This document shows, in pieces, positions 10,322-20,611 of a stretch of 64,000 bases of DNA. The translations under genes and the position numbers were made by a program. Where the stretch lies: positions 32,001 through 96,000 of the forward strand of contig JANOEP010000066.1 in the NCBI GenBank assembly GCA_031441465.1, read 5' to 3'. How positions within the stretch are numbered: the first letter of the stretch is position 1; the number at the start of each line of letters is the position of its first letter. The DNA is from a bacterium (GTDB lineage: Bacteria > Krumholzibacteriota > Krumholzibacteriia > LZORAL124-64-63). The notes beneath the pieces were generated by a model, which saw only the letters and a list, made by a program, of their open reading frames with translations, searched no databases and had not been told where the DNA came from.

Positions 10322-11215
10322 ATGAACGTCACCGCACCGTCCGCCGCCGCGGGCACCGTCGCCGCCGGGAGCGGCCAGGCCGGGAACGTCCAAGCCGGGA
10401 ACGACCGCCCGCTGGGCCTGGCGGTCTCGGCCTTCTGGATCGCCTTCTTCTCCTTCCGCGAGATGGTGCGCCGCCGGCGCATCCTATCGGTGGGGCTGCT
10501 GATGCTGCTGCCGGTCGTGCTGGCGGTGGCCTGGCGGGCCCTGGACCGCGACGGCGTGATCCCGCCGGAGCTGCTGCTGGCCAACCTCAGCGGCATGGTC
10601 TACATCCACTTCATGGTCGCGGTCGTCTCGTTGGCCTTCGGCCTGTCGGCCATCGGCGAGAGCGCCGACGAGGGCACGATCATCTACTACTGGACGCGGC
10701 CCCTGCGCCGCGAGGCCATCTACCTGGGGCGCCTGGTCGCGGCGCAGGCGGTGGCCGGGTTGCTGGTGGCGGGCTCGCTGGTCGCCTCCTTCCTGGTGAT
10801 GACCGTGGGCAACTTCGGGATCATCACCCTGGAATTCCTGAAGCTCTACGTCAGCGCCTGCCTGGTCATCCTCTACGGCGCGATCGTCTACACGGCCATC
10901 TTCGCCGCGATCGGCACCTGGCTGAAGAAACCCATGCTGCCGGCCATCCTGTTCGCGTTCGGCTGGGAATCCATCGGCGGCAACGCGCCGCTGCGACTGC
11001 AGGAACTGACGGTGGTCTTCCACCTGCGCAACCTGCTGCACAACACCGCGGCTTCGACCGGGGACATGCCCAACCTGCTGCAGGAGCTGAAGGTCATGCT
11101 CCTGCACGAGGTGCCGCCGTCCACGGGGCACTCCTTCCTGGTGCTGCTGGCGGTGGCGGTGGTCGCCTTCGCGCTGGGCTGCTGGCTGCTGCGCCGCAAG
11201 GAGATCTTCCGCTGA
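10322..11215 (+). CDS. ABC-2-type permease
   Basis: Multiple TM segments, EGTIIYYWTRPL motif, operon context. Confidence 0.8.
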   Translation: MNVTAPSAAAGTVAAGSGQAGNVQAGNDRPLGLAVSAFWIAFFSFREMVRRRRILSVGLLMLLPVVLAVAWRALDRDGVIPPELLLANLSGMVYIHFMVAVVSLAFGLSAIGESADEGTIIYYWTRPLRREAIYLGRLVAAQAVAGLLVAGSLVASFLVMTVGNFGIITLEFLKLYVSACLVILYGAIVYTAIFAAIGTWLKKPMLPAILFAFGWESIGGNAPLRLQELTVVFHLRNLLHNTAASTGDMPNLLQELKVMLLHEVPPSTGHSFLVLLAVAVVAFALGCWLLRRKEIFR

Positions 11216-11224
11216 GCGGTCCGT

Positions 11225-11253
11225 TTGACAGCGGTCGCGACCGGTGCTAGCGT
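11225..11253 (+). promoter_or_regulatory. Sigma70-type promoter for M16 peptidase operon
   Basis: TTGACA (11225) - 17 nt - TAGCGT with extended TGn. Confidence 0.6.
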
Positions 11254-11380
11254 GCGGGGGGTTTTCCCGCCGAGATCCACCCGAAGCGACAGTGTAGAGG
11301 CCCGGCCCGGCCGGGCGAGTTCGAGGCTGCCCCGACGGCGCGCCAGCGTCCCGCCGCCGGGGTCAACAGTTGGAGGCGTC

Positions 11381-12892
11381 ATGTCCGTGATCCGCAAGAC
11401 TTTGGTCCTCGCCGCCGTCCTGGCCACCGCGCTGGGCGTCGTGGCGGCGTCGGCCGAGGGCTACCAGGACATCCAGGACCAGGTCCAGGAGTTCACCCTG
11501 CCCAACGGCATCCACTTCATCGTGCTCGAGCGGCACGACGTGCCGGTGTTCTCGTTCAACACCTTCGTCAACACCGGCAGCGCCCAGGAGGTCACGGGCA
11601 TCACGGGCATCGCCCACATCCTGGAGCACATGGCGTTCAAGGGGACCGCCGAGATCGGCACCACCGACGCCAAGAAGGAGGCGCTGGCGATGAAGGCCGA
11701 GGACGAGGCCTTCGCCGCGCTGAAGGTCGAACGCCTCAAGGGCGACCACGCCGACCCCGCGAAGCTGGCCGCTCTCGAACAGGCGTTCACCGACGCCAAG
11801 GACGCGGCCCGCGCCTTCGTCGTCAGCAACGAGTTCGGGCAAATCGTCGAGAACAACGGCGGCCGCGGCATGAACGCCGGCACCGGGACCGACGACACGA
11901 ACTACATGTACAGCCTCCCGAGCAACCGGTTGGAGCTGTGGGCCTATCTGGAGGGGACGCGCATGTCGCGGCCCGTGCTGCGCGAGTTCTACACCGAGAA
12001 GGACGGCCCGGTGACCGAGGAGCGCCGCATGCGCACCGAGAACAGCCCGATCGGCATGCTCATTGAGCAGTTCCAGAACCTGGCCTTCATGGCGCACCCG
12101 TACCACCATTCGACCATCGGCTGGATGACGGACCTGAACACGATCACGCGCCAGGACTGCGCCGACTTCTACAAGACCCACTACGTGGGCCGCAACATGA
12201 CCGTGGCCGTCGTCGGCGACATCCGCTTCGACGAGGTCAAGCGCCTGGCGGGCAAGTATTTCGCCGGCGTGTCGGCCGCCGTGCCGCCCGTGATCGAGAC
12301 CTTCGACGCGCCCCAGAAGGGCGAGCGCCGCATGGTGATCGAGGACGAGGCGCAGCCCTTCTACATCTGCGGCTACCACATCGGCAACTGGGCCCACGCC
12401 GACGCCGCCGTCTACGACGCCATCGCGGACATCCTCGGCCAGGGTCGCACCAGCCGCCTCTACGAGCGCCTGGTCAAGCAGGACAAGTCGGCGGTCCAGG
12501 CCTTCAGCTTCGCCGGCTACCCCGGCGACAAGTACCCGACCCTGCTGGCCGTCCTGGGCATGCCAGCCAAGGACGTCGCCGCGGAGCAGATCGAGATCGC
12601 GGTGTTCGAAGAGATCCAGAAGCTCATGGACGAGGGCGTGACGGCCGAGGAACTGGCGGGCGTGAAGCGCCGCGCCCGCGCCAACTTCGTCCGCTCGCTG
12701 GAGGGCAACATGGGCCTGGCCGCCCAGCTGTCCGACTACCAGGGCAAGCAGGGCGACTGGCGCCGGATGTTCACGCAGCTCGAGGCCATCGACGCGGTGA
12801 CCGTCGAGGATGTGCAGCGCGTCGCCCGCGAGATCTTCGTGCCCAACAACCGTACGGTCGCCTTCATCAAGACGGTCGAGGCCGCCAACTGA
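11381..12892 (+). CDS. M16B zinc peptidase, catalytic subunit (exported)
   Basis: Signal peptide; FTLPNG; inverted zinc motif HILEH (GIAHILEHMAFKGT); GGAGG RBS. Confidence 0.9.
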   Translation: MSVIRKTLVLAAVLATALGVVAASAEGYQDIQDQVQEFTLPNGIHFIVLERHDVPVFSFNTFVNTGSAQEVTGITGIAHILEHMAFKGTAEIGTTDAKKEALAMKAEDEAFAALKVERLKGDHADPAKLAALEQAFTDAKDAARAFVVSNEFGQIVENNGGRGMNAGTGTDDTNYMYSLPSNRLELWAYLEGTRMSRPVLREFYTEKDGPVTEERRMRTENSPIGMLIEQFQNLAFMAHPYHHSTIGWMTDLNTITRQDCADFYKTHYVGRNMTVAVVGDIRFDEVKRLAGKYFAGVSAAVPPVIETFDAPQKGERRMVIEDEAQPFYICGYHIGNWAHADAAVYDAIADILGQGRTSRLYERLVKQDKSAVQAFSFAGYPGDKYPTLLAVLGMPAKDVAAEQIEIAVFEEIQKLMDEGVTAEELAGVKRRARANFVRSLEGNMGLAAQLSDYQGKQGDWRRMFTQLEAIDAVTVEDVQRVAREIFVPNNRTVAFIKTVEAAN

Positions 12893-12930
12893 CGCGTATC
12901 CCGCGTCGCGCCGAGGAAAGGAGACAGGTC

Positions 12931-15066
12931 ATGAAGCGAATCATGAAGAAGGCGGCCCCGGTCCTGCTGCTGCTGGCGGCGGCGAGCCTGGCGTCGCCCG
13001 CGCTCGCGGCCCGCAACAAGCCGTGGGAGAAGATCAAGACGCCCTCGCTGGGCGAGATCCGCCTGCCGGATTACCAGCGCGTGCAGCTGGACAACGGCAT
13101 GGTGCTCTACCTGGCCGAGGACCACGAACTGCCGATGATCGAACTGTCGGCGACCATCCGCGCCGGCCAGATCTACGAGCCGGAAGGCAAGACGGGTCTC
13201 GCCGCGCTGACGGGCGAGGTGCTCCGCACCGGCGGCACCGCCAGCTGGTCCGGCGACGAGATCGACGAGAAGATGGAGTCGCTCGGCGCCATGGTCGAGA
13301 CCTACGTCGAGGGCTACACGGCCGGCGCCTACCTGTCGGCCCTCACCGAGGATGCCGACACGGCCCTGGCCATCCTGGCCGAGATCCTGCGCAGCCCCCG
13401 CTTCGCCGAGGACAAGCTCGACCTCTCCAAGACCCAGCACAAGGCCGGCATCGCACGCCGCAACGACGAGCCGATGAGCATCGCGCGCCGCGAGTTCTCC
13501 CGTGTGATCCTCGGACCGGATCACCCGCTGGCCCGCAACGAGGAGTATGACACCCTCGGCGCGATTTCCCGGCAGGATCTGGTCGACTTCCACGCCGACT
13601 GGTTCGGACCCGACCGCACCTACCTGGTCGTGATCGGCGACTTCGACGCCGCCGTGATGACCGGCAAGATCAAGGCCGCCTTCGCCGGTTGGCCGGCCGC
13701 ACGGCGGCCCCTGCCGGCGGATCCCGCGGTGCCGGACCTGCCGCGCACGGTGAACGTCGCGCCCAAGGCCGACCTCACGCAGTCGACGGTGATCCTGGGC
13801 CACAAGGGCATCCGCAACGACGACCCGCACTACGCCGGCATCGAGGTCGCGAACCGCATCCTGGGCGGCGGCTTCGCCTCGCGCCTGTTCAACGAGGTGC
13901 GCAGCGCCCGTGGCCTGGCCTACTCCACCGGCAGCGCCTCGGGCACCGGCTGGCGGCAGCCCGGCGTCTTCGTGGCCTTCGCCGGCACCAAGAGCGAATC
14001 CACCGAGCAGGCCGCGGTCGTGATGATCGAGCAGATCGAGAAGATGACGCGCGAGCCCGTCACCGCCGAAGAGCTGCGCGTCGCGGTCGACGGCATCCTC
14101 AACAGCGACGTGTTCAACTACGACTCCAAGCGCGAGGTCCTGGACCGCATGGTGCTGTTCGAGATGAACGGCTACCCTGCGGATTTCCTGACGCGCTACC
14201 GGGCCGAGGTGCAGGGCATGACCGCCGCGAAGGTGCTGGAGGCCTGCCAGGCGGTCTGGCAGCCCGAGATCCTCTCGGTCCTCGCGGTCGGCAACCCGGC
14301 CGATTTCGACGGCGACCTGAGCCGCTTCGGGGCCGTGAACACGGTCGACATCACGATCCCCGAGCCCAAGCTGTCTTTGGAGATCCCCGCCGCCACGCCG
14401 GAGTCCCTGGCCGCCGGCCAGAAGCTCCTGGACCGCGCCGCGGCGGCCGTCGGCGGCAGGAAGCTGGCCGACATGAAGGGCTTCGCCACCAAGCAGACGC
14501 TCGCGGCCGAGATCCAGGGCATGTCCTTGAACATCACCATGGAGACCACGATCGTGCTGCCGGACCGCCTGAAGCTGATCCAGAAGCTGCCCTTCGGCGA
14601 GTCCACGCAGGTCCTCGACGGCGACAAGGGCTGGGTCCAGAGCCCCATGGGCGTCCAGGACATCGAGGGCCCCGACGCCGCCAAGATGCGCGACCAGATC
14701 AACGGCGACATGTTGATGCTGCTGCGCGACCACGCCGGCCGCACCTGCCAGGCGCTGCCGGCCGAGGAGCTGGACGGCAAGACCTGCGAGCGGGTCTACA
14801 TCACCGACGAGCAGGGCGACTACACGCTGATGTTCCTCGACACCGCGACCGGCCTGCCCGTGATGGAGCAGAGCAAGGGCGAGGCGCCGATGACCGGCGA
14901 GCCGGTCACCCAGAAGGTCAAGTACGATTCGTACAAGGATTTCGGCGGCGTGCAGCGCCCGGCGACGTTCACGATCCTGTTCGACGACGAGGTCTTCGCC
15001 ACGGGGCAGACCACGTCGTTCACGCTGAACCCGACGGTCGCGGCGGGGTTCTTCGCCAAGCCGTAG
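12931..15066 (+). CDS. M16B peptidase partner subunit with extra C-terminal domain
   Basis: Signal peptide; QLDNG; LGGGFASRLFNEVRSARGLAY; lacks HxxEH; long additional C-terminal region. Confidence 0.85.
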   Translation: MKRIMKKAAPVLLLLAAASLASPALAARNKPWEKIKTPSLGEIRLPDYQRVQLDNGMVLYLAEDHELPMIELSATIRAGQIYEPEGKTGLAALTGEVLRTGGTASWSGDEIDEKMESLGAMVETYVEGYTAGAYLSALTEDADTALAILAEILRSPRFAEDKLDLSKTQHKAGIARRNDEPMSIARREFSRVILGPDHPLARNEEYDTLGAISRQDLVDFHADWFGPDRTYLVVIGDFDAAVMTGKIKAAFAGWPAARRPLPADPAVPDLPRTVNVAPKADLTQSTVILGHKGIRNDDPHYAGIEVANRILGGGFASRLFNEVRSARGLAYSTGSASGTGWRQPGVFVAFAGTKSESTEQAAVVMIEQIEKMTREPVTAEELRVAVDGILNSDVFNYDSKREVLDRMVLFEMNGYPADFLTRYRAEVQGMTAAKVLEACQAVWQPEILSVLAVGNPADFDGDLSRFGAVNTVDITIPEPKLSLEIPAATPESLAAGQKLLDRAAAAVGGRKLADMKGFATKQTLAAEIQGMSLNITMETTIVLPDRLKLIQKLPFGESTQVLDGDKGWVQSPMGVQDIEGPDAAKMRDQINGDMLMLLRDHAGRTCQALPAEELDGKTCERVYITDEQGDYTLMFLDTATGLPVMEQSKGEAPMTGEPVTQKVKYDSYKDFGGVQRPATFTILFDDEVFATGQTTSFTLNPTVAAGFFAKP

Positions 15067-15087
15067 GCCAGATCACGGCTGATTCGA

Positions 15088-15125
15088 AGGAGCGGGCGGC
15101 CCATGAGGGCTGCCCGCTCCTGTTT
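15088..15125 (+). terminator. Probable intrinsic terminator
   Basis: AGGAGCGGGCGGCCC-ATGA-GGGCTGCCCGCTCCT hairpin followed by GTTT. Confidence 0.65.
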
Positions 15126-15214
15126 GCGCAGCCGTTGAACTCCGGTCGTATATCTGGTATTCTCGTCCTATGGCTTGCTGATATCGAAGAGTCCTCTGAT
15201 CGAAAAGGTGCTCC

Positions 15215-17443
15215 ATGGGTGTCTACGGGTACCGGCAAGACACGGTCACTACTCTGGGCCTCTCGCGTATTTCGCATCCGTGTCGACATTGTTTCTGGAT
15301 CTCGTTGTTCTGCTGCCTTTTCGCCTCTGGATTTCCTGGTCTGGCAATCGCCCGGTGTGTCGAATATAGCGAGTACCTGCGTTGTGTAGGGTCCGTGGAC
15401 ATGCCGGGCAACTCACTCGGCTTGGCGATCTCGGGTAAATACGCTTATGTCGGGGACGATTCACCTGGTTTTCACGTTGTCGATATCACCGATCCTTTGA
15501 TGCCGGTAATCGTCGGTAGTGTGGATACGCCCTGGACGGTCTATGACGTAGCTGTCTCGGGCAATTATGCATATGTGGTGAGCTACTGGACCGGGATGCA
15601 GGTCATAGATGTATCCGATCCTCGATGCCCTGTGATTGTGAGCAGTCTGGATACGCCAGGGTGTGCTTATGAAATAACCCTGTGTGGAAATCACGCCTTC
15701 ATCGCCGATTCTCAGGCCGACCTGCAAATCGTCGACATCTCGGACCCCCGCTGTCCCAAGATTGTGGGGAGCGTGGAAATGCCAGGGGCGGCCCATGGTG
15801 TGGTTGTTTCGGGTACTTACGCATTCATCGCGAGCGTGTACTACGGCCTGTTGGTCGTTGACATATCGAATCCGCGTAACCCCGTGATCGCGAGTAGCCA
15901 AGACACGCCGTATTATGCGACCAGCATAGCTTTATCGGGTACGATAGCGTATGTAGGTGACGGTGGGAGAAGCCTTCATGTCATTGACGTCGACGATCCT
16001 CTCGACCCTGTCTATATCCGAAGTGTAACAATACCAGGCGCTGCTTATCATATGTGCGTTTCGGGGGCTACCCTGTATATCGCGGACAACCAACACGGAC
16101 TCCTGGCACTTGACATCACAAACCAGCAATCCCCGACACTCATCGGCAAATTGGGCACTCCTAACTGGAGCTGGGGCATAGCTGTGTCCGAGTCCCTCAT
16201 CTACCTCACGGATCATGATGAAGGCCTTCAGGTGATCGAAGCCGGCAACCTCCGGAGTCCGGAGATCGTGGGCTTTGTGGATACAAGTGGATATGCCCTG
16301 GGAGTGACTGTCTCCGGCGACAACGCGTTCGTTGCCGACAGTAACAACCTGCAAGTGGTGGAAGTCACAGATCCCGAGAAACCCCTGCTCATCGGAAGTG
16401 TCGAATTGCCCGAATGGGTGGTTTGCACAGCGATCTCGGGTTCATATGCCTATGCTGTGAGTGAGTCGAAAGGTCTTCATGTCATCGATATCGCAGATCC
16501 AACGCATCCAGAAGCCGTGAATAGCATCGGTGTGCCTGGTGACGTGAGGGGCGTCACTGTGTCTGGTGTCTATGCATATTTATCTGCGGGTCCGGCGGGA
16601 CTGCAGGTGGTCGACATCACAGACCCTGGGTCTCCCTTGATCGCAGGCAGTGTGGACACGCCCAGCTTCGCTCGCAACACTGTGATCGACGGGTCTTTTG
16701 CCTACATAGCTGATTCGTATTCCGGTCTTCAGATTGTCGATATATCGAACCACGATAGCATGGCGGTGGTGGGCAACGTGGACACCCCCGGGGGGGCCTT
16801 GGACGTGTTCGTCTGCGGTAACTATGCCTACGTCGCGGACTGGGTTGCCGGCCTGCAAGTGATCGATGTCTCGGATCCCCGCGCTCCGATTGTCGTAGCA
16901 AACGTCGATACACCTGATTTGGCTTACAGCGTGTCCGTTTCGGGTTCCCACGCCTACATCGCGTCTGATGAAACCGGGTTACAGGTGGTCGATATATCTG
17001 ATCCCATCGCCCCCTATTATGTCGGCAGCGTTGATACACCGGGTCGAACAGAAGCCCTCGATGTCTCGGGCGGATATGTCTACATCGCCGATCGCGAATA
17101 CGGACTCATGATCCTGCCGACTCAATGCGAAACGGCGTCGGGTGTCGATGATTCCGTAACTTTCGATTCGACACGGCACCTGCAGGTCCACCCTAATCCT
17201 GTCTCGCACGAGATGCTCATCCGATTCGGCACCGAAAAGGGTGGCCCGGTCCAGGCTGTCGTCTACGATCTGGCCGGTCGCCGGATCCGCAGACTGTCCG
17301 ACGGCACCTTCGTCGCTGGCGATCACCAGCTGCTATGGAACGGATGCGACGACTTCGGCCGCGAGGTCCCGACAGGCGTCTATCTCGTCCGGGTGACGAC
17401 GGCAACAGGCCGCGACACGGTGCGCTTCGCAGTGATCCGATGA
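15215..17443 (+). CDS. LVIVD-repeat beta-propeller protein with C-terminal FlgD-Ig-like domain
   Basis: 14 repeats of ~42 aa (IVGSVDTPG...SGxYAYVAD..GLQVVDISDP); C-terminal HPNP...VYDLAGRRIRRL...WNGxD...GVYLVRV; start uncertain. Confidence 0.85.
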   Translation: MGVYGYRQDTVTTLGLSRISHPCRHCFWISLFCCLFASGFPGLAIARCVEYSEYLRCVGSVDMPGNSLGLAISGKYAYVGDDSPGFHVVDITDPLMPVIVGSVDTPWTVYDVAVSGNYAYVVSYWTGMQVIDVSDPRCPVIVSSLDTPGCAYEITLCGNHAFIADSQADLQIVDISDPRCPKIVGSVEMPGAAHGVVVSGTYAFIASVYYGLLVVDISNPRNPVIASSQDTPYYATSIALSGTIAYVGDGGRSLHVIDVDDPLDPVYIRSVTIPGAAYHMCVSGATLYIADNQHGLLALDITNQQSPTLIGKLGTPNWSWGIAVSESLIYLTDHDEGLQVIEAGNLRSPEIVGFVDTSGYALGVTVSGDNAFVADSNNLQVVEVTDPEKPLLIGSVELPEWVVCTAISGSYAYAVSESKGLHVIDIADPTHPEAVNSIGVPGDVRGVTVSGVYAYLSAGPAGLQVVDITDPGSPLIAGSVDTPSFARNTVIDGSFAYIADSYSGLQIVDISNHDSMAVVGNVDTPGGALDVFVCGNYAYVADWVAGLQVIDVSDPRAPIVVANVDTPDLAYSVSVSGSHAYIASDETGLQVVDISDPIAPYYVGSVDTPGRTEALDVSGGYVYIADREYGLMILPTQCETASGVDDSVTFDSTRHLQVHPNPVSHEMLIRFGTEKGGPVQAVVYDLAGRRIRRLSDGTFVAGDHQLLWNGCDDFGREVPTGVYLVRVTTATGRDTVRFAVIR

Positions 17444-17709
17444 AGCCGGATCGTCGCGCATCGAATTAGAGGCGGTTCGTGCGGAACTCCGGGGATCGAG
17501 TAGGAGAGGTTGGAAGAAGCCGCGACCATGGTCATCCGGGTTTCCCCAGGTAGCGTGAAGCCTTGCTGTTCCGGATCGTCGCCGTTGGTTGCAGCTTCTT
17601 CGCCTTCAATTATATCAAAATCAACGGTGTAGTTGTAATAATATTTGAATATATGGTGCTATCGTGGAGGCTTGGATCCATAATATTTTATGAAATATAC
17701 AGTTAATGA

Positions 17710-19146
17710 TCAGTCGGGGTCCTGCATGACGCGCGGGGCCTCGGCCAGCCATGGGTGCCGCCGGCGCAGTTCCGCGTCATCCCTCGCTTCTCGCGGCCAC
17801 CAGACGCCGGCGCGCCGGGCGTGCCACAGCAGGGCGGCGCTGTCGGTCAGGATCGGGCCCGGGGGCAGGTCCCGGCAGCGCGCCACGGCCGCCGGCAAGC
17901 CGGGCGCGGCGGCGTTCGCCCGCTCCCGTGCCTGGTCCCATCCCGGCAGGCGCGTCGGGGTCAACGCCAGGGCCGCGGCGCCCGCCGCGACCAGCACGGC
18001 GGCGCGCGCCGACGACCGCGCCGCGAGCCGGATCTCCCGCAGCCGGTCAGCCAGCAGCAGCCAGAGCTCCCAGGCGGCGGCCGGCAGCAGGACGGCGAGG
18101 TGGCGCAGGTCGTGGGAGAAAGGGGCGTAGGCGATCACCAGCAGCGCGAGGGTCCCGGCCAGCAGCGCGGTCGGCCGCTGCGCCCGCCAACCGCTTGGCC
18201 GTCTGACGAACGCCGCGGCGACGCCGGCGGCCAGCATGCCCCAGGGCAGCCAGTTGTCCAGGCGCGCCAGGAAGTAGAGCAGCCCCCGGACGGCCTTGCC
18301 GAACAGCACGTCGGGCCGGCGCAGCAGCGTCGCGCCGAACCACTCCGGCCGTTCCCGGAGATAAGCGGCGTAGCCGGGCAGCTCCGCCGTCCCTTTCAGG
18401 TGCTCGGCGTAGGCCTGCAGCGCGAAGAACGGCTGGCCGGTCACCACGAGGTTGCGGATCCACCACGGCGCCATCAGGAGCGCCCAGACCGCGGCGGTCC
18501 GCAGCAGCGCGCGGCCGCGGCAGCCGGTCAGCAGCAGCCAGAGCCAGGGCAACCAGACGAGGTCGGTCCGCAGCAGCGCGACCGCCGCGGCGAGCAGGCC
18601 GTCGATCGCGGATGACGTGCGCGACGACGCGGCGCCTTCGCGCCTGCGCACCCAGAGCAGCAGCAGCAGCAACGCGACCGGCGTTTCGACCTGGGACCAG
18701 CCAGCGGTCATCGCCAGCAGCGGGCTGAAGAGCAGCGTGGCGCACCAGGGCAGGGCGGCGTCGAGCCTGCCCCGACGATGCATCGCCGCCAGGCCCAGCG
18801 CGACCGTCAGCCCGAGCAGCGCCGCGTGGAGCAGGCGCGTCAGGTCCTCGGCCCGCTGCGGGTCGTCGCCCGACAGCGCGACCGGCAGCGTCAGCAGCAG
18901 GGGGTAGCCGGGTGGGCGGTGGATCAGCGGTTGCGGCGCGCGGTCGGCGAAGGGGAACGACAGCGACAAGGGGTAGACGACGTCGTTCAGGAACCCCTCG
19001 CCGCGCACCAGGTGGCGGGCCGTCGCCAGGTGGGTGTAGAGATCGCTGTCCGGAGGCGAGGGTGTCGCGGGATGCAGCGCGATCCAGGCGACGGTGAAGA
19101 CGACGGCGGCCGCCGCGATCGCCGCCGCGCGGCGGCCACCGGACAC
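17710..19146 (-). CDS. Polytopic membrane protein, GT-C (ArnT/PMT-like) glycosyltransferase candidate
   Basis: N-terminal TM then PDSDLYTHLATARHL, HRPPGYPLLL, many TM helices, PWWIRN. Confidence 0.6.
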   Translation of the reverse strand: MSGGRRAAAIAAAAVVFTVAWIALHPATPSPPDSDLYTHLATARHLVRGEGFLNDVVYPLSLSFPFADRAPQPLIHRPPGYPLLLTLPVALSGDDPQRAEDLTRLLHAALLGLTVALGLAAMHRRGRLDAALPWCATLLFSPLLAMTAGWSQVETPVALLLLLLWVRRREGAASSRTSSAIDGLLAAAVALLRTDLVWLPWLWLLLTGCRGRALLRTAAVWALLMAPWWIRNLVVTGQPFFALQAYAEHLKGTAELPGYAAYLRERPEWFGATLLRRPDVLFGKAVRGLLYFLARLDNWLPWGMLAAGVAAAFVRRPSGWRAQRPTALLAGTLALLVIAYAPFSHDLRHLAVLLPAAAWELWLLLADRLREIRLAARSSARAAVLVAAGAAALALTPTRLPGWDQARERANAAAPGLPAAVARCRDLPPGPILTDSAALLWHARRAGVWWPREARDDAELRRRHPWLAEAPRVMQDPD

Positions 19147-19147
19147 G

Positions 19148-19723
19148 TCAGGCCGTCCCGCGGCTGCCGGGCTTGATCACGGGCTGTCCCTGGCGGCACA
19201 GCGGGCAGTCGTCCGCCGGCCAGGTCACGACGTCCACCTTCAGCAGGGACGCGATCGGCGCCGGCAGCGCCACGTCCGCCGAGGTGCGGTCGACGAGGGC
19301 GGCGGCGCCGGCCACGACGCCGCCCGCGGCGACGACGATGTCCGCGACTTCCTGCGTCGAGGTGCCGCGGGTGATGACGTCCTCGACGATGAGCGCCTTC
19401 TCGCCCTTCTCGAGCGCGAAGTCGCGGCGCAGGCTCATCGCGCCGTCCTTGCGCTCGGTGAAGACGAAGCGGCGTCCCAGGGCGCGGGCGACCTCGTGCC
19501 CCAGCAGGAGCGCGCCGAGGGCGGGCGAGACCACCACGTCGATGCGCTTCGCGTCGCAGCGCGCGGCCAGGCGCCGGCCGAGGTCCAGGGCCAGGTCCGG
19601 GTATTGCAGGACCAGCGCGCACTGGAAGTAGGTGTCGCTGTGGCGGCCGCTGCTCAGCAGGAAGTGGCCCCGCCGCAGCGCGCCCAGCTCCGTCATCAGG
19701 CTCATCAGGTCGGTGTCGTTCAT
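19148..19723 (-). CDS. pyrE: Orotate phosphoribosyltransferase
   Basis: GHFLLSSGRHSDTYFQCA, PRPP motif LIVEDVITRGTS, KPGSR C-terminus. Confidence 0.92.
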   Translation of the reverse strand: MNDTDLMSLMTELGALRRGHFLLSSGRHSDTYFQCALVLQYPDLALDLGRRLAARCDAKRIDVVVSPALGALLLGHEVARALGRRFVFTERKDGAMSLRRDFALEKGEKALIVEDVITRGTSTQEVADIVVAAGGVVAGAAALVDRTSADVALPAPIASLLKVDVVTWPADDCPLCRQGQPVIKPGSRGTA

Positions 19724-20469
19724 CGCCGGCACATCTCCTCGGTGATGGCGTGCAGGGCGGCGCCGGGGTCGGCGGCCCCGGTGACGGGCCGTCCCACGAC
19801 CAGGTAGTCGGCACCGTCGGCGAGAGCGCCGGCGGGCGTGGCGACGCGGCGCTGGTCGTCGGCGTCGCCGCCGGCAGGCCGGACGCCGGGCGTCACGACC
19901 AGGATTTCCGGACCCAGCGCCCGGCGCAGGTCGTGCAGGTCCGGCGGCGCGCAGACGATCCCGTCGCAGCCGGCCGCCCAAGCGAGGCGCGCCAGGCGCA
20001 CGACGCGCTCGGCGGGCGTGCCGCCGCCGGGAGCCGTCTCCTCGAGATCCTCGGCGCCCAGGCTCGTGAGCACGGTGACGGCCAGCAGCGCGGGGCGGCG
20101 GCCGTCGCCGGCGCCAGCGCGCGCGGCTTCGACCGCGGCTTCCAGCATGCGCCGGCCGCCGTCGGCGTGCAGGGTGAGCAGGCTCACGTCCAGCGCGCAG
20201 GCGGCGCGCACCGCGCCGGCGACGGTGTTGGGGATGTCCTTGAGCTTGAGGTCGAGGAACACGTCGCGTCCCGCGGCGCGCAGGTCGGCGACGACGGCCG
20301 GCCCCGCCGCGGTGAACAGTTCCAGGCCGACCTTGACCAGGCGTCCGCGCGGGCCGAGCGCGGCGGCGAGCCGCAGGGCCCCGCCGTGATCGGGGACGTC
20401 CAGCGCGGTGATGACGCGCTCGACGACGGGGGCGTCGCGCAGTGACGCCAGCAGTTGTTCGCGGTTCAT
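19720..20469 (-). CDS. pyrF: Orotidine 5'-phosphate decarboxylase
   Basis: ALDV, VKVGLELF, FLDLKLKDIPNTV, VTVLTS, VTPGVRP, DDQRRVATP, VVGRPVT. Confidence 0.93.
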   Translation of the reverse strand: MNREQLLASLRDAPVVERVITALDVPDHGGALRLAAALGPRGRLVKVGLELFTAAGPAVVADLRAAGRDVFLDLKLKDIPNTVAGAVRAACALDVSLLTLHADGGRRMLEAAVEAARAGAGDGRRPALLAVTVLTSLGAEDLEETAPGGGTPAERVVRLARLAWAAGCDGIVCAPPDLHDLRRALGPEILVVTPGVRPAGGDADDQRRVATPAGALADGADYLVVGRPVTGAADPGAALHAITEEMCRR

Positions 20470-20611
20470 GGTCGGATGTCCTCGGTCGCGGGACGGCGGC
20501 GGGGGGCGATTTGCCTTGCCCGCTCCAGACCGTTAGTCTATACCCTTCTACCAGCCGCCAAGACCGATTGCAACGTGAAAACAGCCCGCCGAAGCGCGGG
20601 GGAGGGCACCC

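Noticed and set aside
11254..11380. tRNA- or riboswitch-like leader (contains GTTCGA and small hairpins)
   Set aside because: No cloverleaf or recognisable riboswitch consensus could be built.
12890..12931. Possible TGA read-through fusing the two M16 genes
   Set aside because: Different frames; the second gene has its own RBS and signal peptide.
15215..17443. Repeats as CRISPR or diversity-generating retroelement
   Set aside because: They are degenerate protein-level LVIVD repeats; no cas or reverse transcriptase gene is present.
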